Origin: a virus
Lineage: Duplodnaviria > Caudoviricetes
Virus record (IMG/VR): IMGVR_UViG_3300003086_000115
Length of the DNA: 64,000 nt
Strand: one strand, 5' to 3'
Under the pieces are notes generated by a model, which worked only from the letters and a program-made list of their open reading frames with translations, was not told the DNA's origin and did not search any database. Below are positions 59,933-64,000 of this stretch, piece after piece. The position numbers were made by a program, and so were the translations under genes. Position 1 is the stretch's first letter, and the number at the start of each line of letters is the position of its first letter.

Positions 59933-61399
59933 ATGGGATTTGGTAGCCTATTAACACAAACATTAAAGAACCAGATTAAAGGATTTGACAATGACTTTAA
60001 TCAAGGATTCTTCGGTGTTGATTATGTTAGAGATTACCAACACGCTAGCAAAACTTTTGTAAAAGATGGTTTTGCACTAGCACCTACTAACAAATTTCTT
60101 TTCCATGTATTCTTCACATTGAATACAGAGATTCCAGGAATACAACGTGGTAATGATACTGCAACTATTGGCGTATTAGCTAAGACTGCAACCTTGCCGT
60201 CGTTTAGCCTTGAAGTCGAAGCAATGAATCAATATAACCGTAAGCGTTATATTCAAAAGAAGATTAATTATCAACCAGTTACTATAACACTTCATGATGA
60301 TGGGAGTGATGCAGTACGGTCTATGTGGGTTAATTATTATCGTTATTATTATAACGATTCTAGTTATACCTACGACGGGCAAGGTGTTAACACACCAGGG
60401 TATAACAACCGAGACATATATGATAATTTAAGATCGATTAGTGATTGGGGCTATAACGGCCAAGGTTCGATTAATGATACTAAGCCTGCTTTCTTTAAAG
60501 ATATAAAAATATATACGTTAAACAAAGGTAACTTTAAATCATACACAATGATTAATCCTCTTATTACAGATTGGCAACACGATACACATGATGTAAGTGC
60601 TGGCGGTGATGTAATGCAACATTCGATGACATTTAACTACGAAGCTGTTAAATACGGGCGCGGTAGAATCGGCAATCAAGTTAAAGGCTTTGCTGATTCG
60701 TCGGTGTACGATACAAGTTCGAGCCCATTGAGAGCAGGTAGCACAGCAAGTACGTTTGGCCGAGGTGGTATATTTGATGCAGGTGAAAGTATTATTGAAG
60801 ATTTAGCAGATGGTAATATATTAGGTGCATATAGAACAAGCGGAACTCTGCAAAACACATTAAGGAATGTAGATGTAGGTCAGTTATTGTCTAGTGATAT
60901 AGCCACAGAAGTAGTGTCACAAGGTGCGAATTTTTTATCAGGTTTAGGTTCTACTAATAGTAATGCTAGCGGATTTAACATTCCGTCGTTTGATGCATCA
61001 GAAGGGCTTATTCCGTTAAATGAGAATTTTAGCAATGGATTGCCTAATACCAACACATTCTCAACATTATCCGATAGCCTAGGAAGTCTACAAAGACAGT
61101 ATGCGCCACAGCGTAATACAACTAGCAGTAGTCTTACAAATTCGTTAGTAAGCATACAAAACGCAACACAGCAAGGTTTTGCTGTGTTAGAACAAAATGC
61201 TCCTGAAATACAAGCAAATTTGCAGAATGCCGCTACACAGTTTCAGAGTTTTGCACAAGAGTTACAACCGTCACTTGATAACTTACAACAAACTGCGCAA
61301 TCAACTATTAGTAGTTTAAGAGAAAGTTTAGTGTTTGATCCTAGACTTGGTGTATCTGGAGATGTAACTAGCAACGGACAACAAGTAGGGGGTCAATAA
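59933..61399 (+). CDS. Second tube-fold protein (gp19/gp48/gp54-like) with a C-terminal extension
   Basis: ATLPSF...NQYNRKR...INYQPVTITLHDD...INPLITDWQHD. Confidence 0.6.
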   Translation: MGFGSLLTQTLKNQIKGFDNDFNQGFFGVDYVRDYQHASKTFVKDGFALAPTNKFLFHVFFTLNTEIPGIQRGNDTATIGVLAKTATLPSFSLEVEAMNQYNRKRYIQKKINYQPVTITLHDDGSDAVRSMWVNYYRYYYNDSSYTYDGQGVNTPGYNNRDIYDNLRSISDWGYNGQGSINDTKPAFFKDIKIYTLNKGNFKSYTMINPLITDWQHDTHDVSAGGDVMQHSMTFNYEAVKYGRGRIGNQVKGFADSSVYDTSSSPLRAGSTASTFGRGGIFDAGESIIEDLADGNILGAYRTSGTLQNTLRNVDVGQLLSSDIATEVVSQGANFLSGLGSTNSNASGFNIPSFDASEGLIPLNENFSNGLPNTNTFSTLSDSLGSLQRQYAPQRNTTSSSLTNSLVSIQNATQQGFAVLEQNAPEIQANLQNAATQFQSFAQELQPSLDNLQQTAQSTISSLRESLVFDPRLGVSGDVTSNGQQVGGQ

Positions 61400-61752
61400 T
61401 GCCTCATAGCGGCCAAAGTACAAAGCAGTTTAGCTCAGAGAATTTTTATAGCGATAACCGCGTAGGACAGCAAGTACATAGTGAACAGTATGATATAGTT
61501 TTAGGATTCTTTACTAAGGTAATGAGCACAGAAACTTTAGCAAAAGCATTTACGCTTGACTTGTTTCGGGTAGCGAATCAAACAAACGTCCCAGCATTAA
61601 CAATGCTAGATTCTATGAAAGGTCAGAGTGCGATAGGTGTTTCAGAAGTAATGGCATTTTATCTTAATCAAACACGTCCTAAAAGTGCGTTAGTAGGAGT
61701 AAGTAACGTACTTAATCCTAACATTTTTGTTGCACGTAATGTACTAATATAA
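61399..61752 (+). CDS. Hypothetical protein
   Basis: Translationally coupled ORF in the tail operon. Confidence 0.6.
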   Translation: MPHSGQSTKQFSSENFYSDNRVGQQVHSEQYDIVLGFFTKVMSTETLAKAFTLDLFRVANQTNVPALTMLDSMKGQSAIGVSEVMAFYLNQTRPKSALVGVSNVLNPNIFVARNVLI

Positions 61753-62174
61753 TGCCTCGTTTCTCACAAGGTGAATATAAACCACGGAATCCGAAGAAAT
61801 ATGTAGGTAAAGGTAAGATAAAGTACCGTAGTTCTTGGGAACTTGCTTTTATGAATTTTTGTGACAACAACAATCACATATTAGAATGGGCCAGCGAGTC
61901 AATTAAAATACCATACAGAAATCCTGTCACTGGTAAACAGTCTATATATATTCCAGACTTTTTAGTATTCTATCAAAATAAGCACGGTAAGAAGGTTGCT
62001 GAATTAGTAGAGATTAAACCAAAGAAGCAAAGCATCATGGAATCTAAGCTAAGTAATAGAGATAAGGCTGTAGTAGCTGTAAACTATGCAAAATGGGACC
62101 AAGCTACTAAATGGGCCAAACGCAACGGCATGGTATTTAGAGTAGTAACAGAAGAACAAATCTTTAGGAAATAA
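61752..62174 (+). CDS. gp4: Head completion nuclease (gp4-like, TnsA-like fold)
   Basis: YKPRNPKKYVG, YRSSWE, WASE, YIPDF, VEIKP, AKW. Confidence 0.88.
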   Translation: MPRFSQGEYKPRNPKKYVGKGKIKYRSSWELAFMNFCDNNNHILEWASESIKIPYRNPVTGKQSIYIPDFLVFYQNKHGKKVAELVEIKPKKQSIMESKLSNRDKAVVAVNYAKWDQATKWAKRNGMVFRVVTEEQIFRK

Positions 62175-62175
62175 T

Positions 62176-62655
62176 ATGACACGTAAGCTTGAGGAACTCT
62201 TTGAACTTCCAGAGACAGACGATCGACCTATTGATGTCGAAACTGACGAACCTATCGTAATTAATCCTGTACTAGAGTTATCTAACTTAGAAAAAATAGA
62301 AAACGCATTGTCTGCTGTACGCGGGTTAGAAGCAAGTGATAGAGAAATGGACGATCTTGCAAAGATGGCTGTAGAAAGTTACAAAGACTTAATGGACTTA
62401 GGTATGAATGTTGAAGCACGTTTTTCTAGTGAGATATTCGGTGTAGCAGACAGAATGCTTAGTCATGCTATTACAGCTAAAAATGCTAAAATAAATAAGA
62501 AGCTTAAAACAATTGACCTACAGCTTAAAAAAGCAAAGTTAGATCAAAATTCTCCACATCGAGAAGAATCAGTAAACAGCGGACCGATGTTTGATAGAAA
62601 CGAACTTCTAGAACGACTAATCAAAGGCACGGACGAACCTATTACCAAAGACTAG
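62176..62655 (+). CDS. Helical protein, possible small terminase subunit
   Basis: Size and helical pattern with C-terminal DRNELL; call is tentative. Confidence 0.35.
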   Translation: MTRKLEELFELPETDDRPIDVETDEPIVINPVLELSNLEKIENALSAVRGLEASDREMDDLAKMAVESYKDLMDLGMNVEARFSSEIFGVADRMLSHAITAKNAKINKKLKTIDLQLKKAKLDQNSPHREESVNSGPMFDRNELLERLIKGTDEPITKD

Positions 62656-62702
62656 TATTATTGGTAAATACAACAATATAATAAGTCGTAATAGGAAACC
62701 GC

Positions 62703-63299
62703 ATGAAAAACTTAGTTGACTACCTAATAGAATCTACACAACAATTCGAATACAGGATTAAAATCGCAGGCGATCTTACTAAAGATCAAATAAAACGCAT
62801 GGAAGAGTGTTTTTCTAAGTTTGATATGGTAAGTATGTCTAAACCAAAAAGAACTCCAGTGATGAAAGATCCTATAGGATTTGAAGGTCTTAAAAACATA
62901 GAGATCAACACAATGGATGTTGTTTTTAACTACCCAGCAAACACAGAACAGTTCATGGAAGTTATTAGACTAGTTGGTATCCCTAACAAGCGTGTAGTTG
63001 TACTTAGTAAGCAGTACAATGATAGTATGAATGCAGAAGCTGAAGAAAGAGAAGACACAAATGGCGAAGCATTATTAAACAGTGACTTACCAGCAAATAC
63101 ACAAAAACATATTGATGCTAGCAATGACTACAGAGACTCGTATCAAGCAATTGTAAAAAATGCAGATAAGTCAGAGTACGAAGTTGCAGGTGGTAAAACT
63201 CCAGCTATGAAGTCAACTAATGATTTAGAGCAAGGCAACACAGGTCCATTTAGTAATATTAAGCGTGATCCTAAGCCAGAGACTTCGAGTTCAAAATGA
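62703..63299 (+). CDS. Hypothetical protein with a capsid-targeting-like leader
   Basis: MKNLVDYLIES N-terminus. Confidence 0.55.
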   Translation: MKNLVDYLIESTQQFEYRIKIAGDLTKDQIKRMEECFSKFDMVSMSKPKRTPVMKDPIGFEGLKNIEINTMDVVFNYPANTEQFMEVIRLVGIPNKRVVVLSKQYNDSMNAEAEEREDTNGEALLNSDLPANTQKHIDASNDYRDSYQAIVKNADKSEYEVAGGKTPAMKSTNDLEQGNTGPFSNIKRDPKPETSSSK

Positions 63300-63619
63300 A
63301 TTTACAAGAAAGTATTAGAAACGATTTAAACAAGTTAAACGAAGCAACTAGTTCATCTTCTGATGTTGAACTAATTGATATATTAAATAATAAGTTTCCA
63401 GGATGCAATGCAGTTTCTACAGAAGATTGGGACGGCAGAACAGGTGGTATTTGGTTCCGTGGAACAGAGTCATGCGAAATAAATGAACTTCCTTTGTTTA
63501 ACCAAGAGATTTTTGCAGATACAATGGGTGTTAATACAGCATTAGATAAGTTACTAAGCTACCATGGTTGGTACGGTGAACCGTACGATAGCGGAACATT
63601 AATGGCTTATCCAGTTTAA
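63296..63619 (+). CDS. MNLQESI-family small protein 1
   Basis: Shared leader MNLQESIRNDL. Confidence 0.65.
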   Translation: MNLQESIRNDLNKLNEATSSSSDVELIDILNNKFPGCNAVSTEDWDGRTGGIWFRGTESCEINELPLFNQEIFADTMGVNTALDKLLSYHGWYGEPYDSGTLMAYPV

Positions 63620-63628
63620 GGAATTATT

Positions 63629-63919
63629 ATGAATTTACAAGAGAGCATTAAGAAAGACTTAGCGTTATTTGAAGAAACAGAAACGCATACTAGTGCTTTA
63701 CATAAGTTAGTAAACCAGATAGAACATCTAATATTAACAGTAACACCAGATACTGATGTAGCTGATTATGTTGCTAGCACTTACGGTGATAGTTACTATA
63801 GAGATTTTAAAGAAGCACAACAGCATTTAAGTAAAGCCGCTGGCATTTTAGAAGATATAATGGCAGAAACCACAGGTGAACCAGGTGTAGAAGCACCAGA
63901 AGTACCTTTCCCATTTTAG
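63629..63919 (+). CDS. MNLQESI-family small protein 2
   Basis: MNLQESIKKDLALFEE. Confidence 0.65.
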   Translation: MNLQESIKKDLALFEETETHTSALHKLVNQIEHLILTVTPDTDVADYVASTYGDSYYRDFKEAQQHLSKAAGILEDIMAETTGEPGVEAPEVPFPF

Positions 63920-63927
63920 AGAATATT

Positions 63928-64000
63928 ATGAACTTACAAGAAAGCATTAGAAGCGACTTAGCACTATTTGAAGAAGAGGCTCCTAGCGAAGAACAACACG
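63928..64000 (+). CDS. MNLQESI-family protein 3 (truncated by the window end)
   Basis: ATG at 63928 reads MNLQESIRSDLALFEEEAPSEEQH. Confidence 0.7.
   Translation, partial: MNLQESIRSDLALFEEEAPSEEQH

Noticed and set aside
1-64000. Stop-codon reassignment as seen in some jumbo phages
   Set aside because: Core genes are full length in the standard code and end in TAA, TAG and TGA. The fibre breaks are frame changes, not in-frame stops.
1-64000. tRNA/rRNA genes, integrase, IS elements
   Set aside because: None recognised by eye; intergenic gaps are short and show no cloverleaf signatures. tRNAscan was not run.

Overview
This is a 64-kb segment of an AT-rich, T4-superfamily large (probably jumbo) myophage, read in the standard genetic code. 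It holds most of the virion morphogenesis genes. In order: baseplate operon on the minus strand (1-12.1 kb); gp55 late sigma factor and gp47/gp46 nuclease, split by a radical SAM gene; gp26-like hub chaperone and tape-measure-like gene; portal, core, protease, scaffold and major capsid genes; a fibre cluster with three YADLAE-type autocleaving chaperone domains; neck and tail terminator genes; sheath, tube and head-completion genes. T4-type late promoters (TATAAATA and variants) recur throughout. The main observations are: (1) a ~600-nt ORF-free, densely base-paired region after gp46 that looks like a large structured ncRNA I cannot assign to a known class; (2) a T-TTT-TTC -1 slippery site predicted to fuse the gp26-like gene to the next ORF; (3) an amidinotransferase / Arg-tRNA-transferase-like / DUF1415-like / DUF6614-like island, with a 68-nt scar of a second amidinotransferase gene; (4) shared N-terminal (I/L)xE leaders resembling capsid-targeting signals, including one on a superoxide dismutase; (5) a ~2,080-codon repetitive fibre gene broken by two compensating frameshifts; (6) two late genes with similar three-hairpin 5' leaders; (7) unannotated membrane micropeptides between the sheath and tube genes. 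All family calls come from recognising motifs and synteny by eye. No database searches or folding programs were run.
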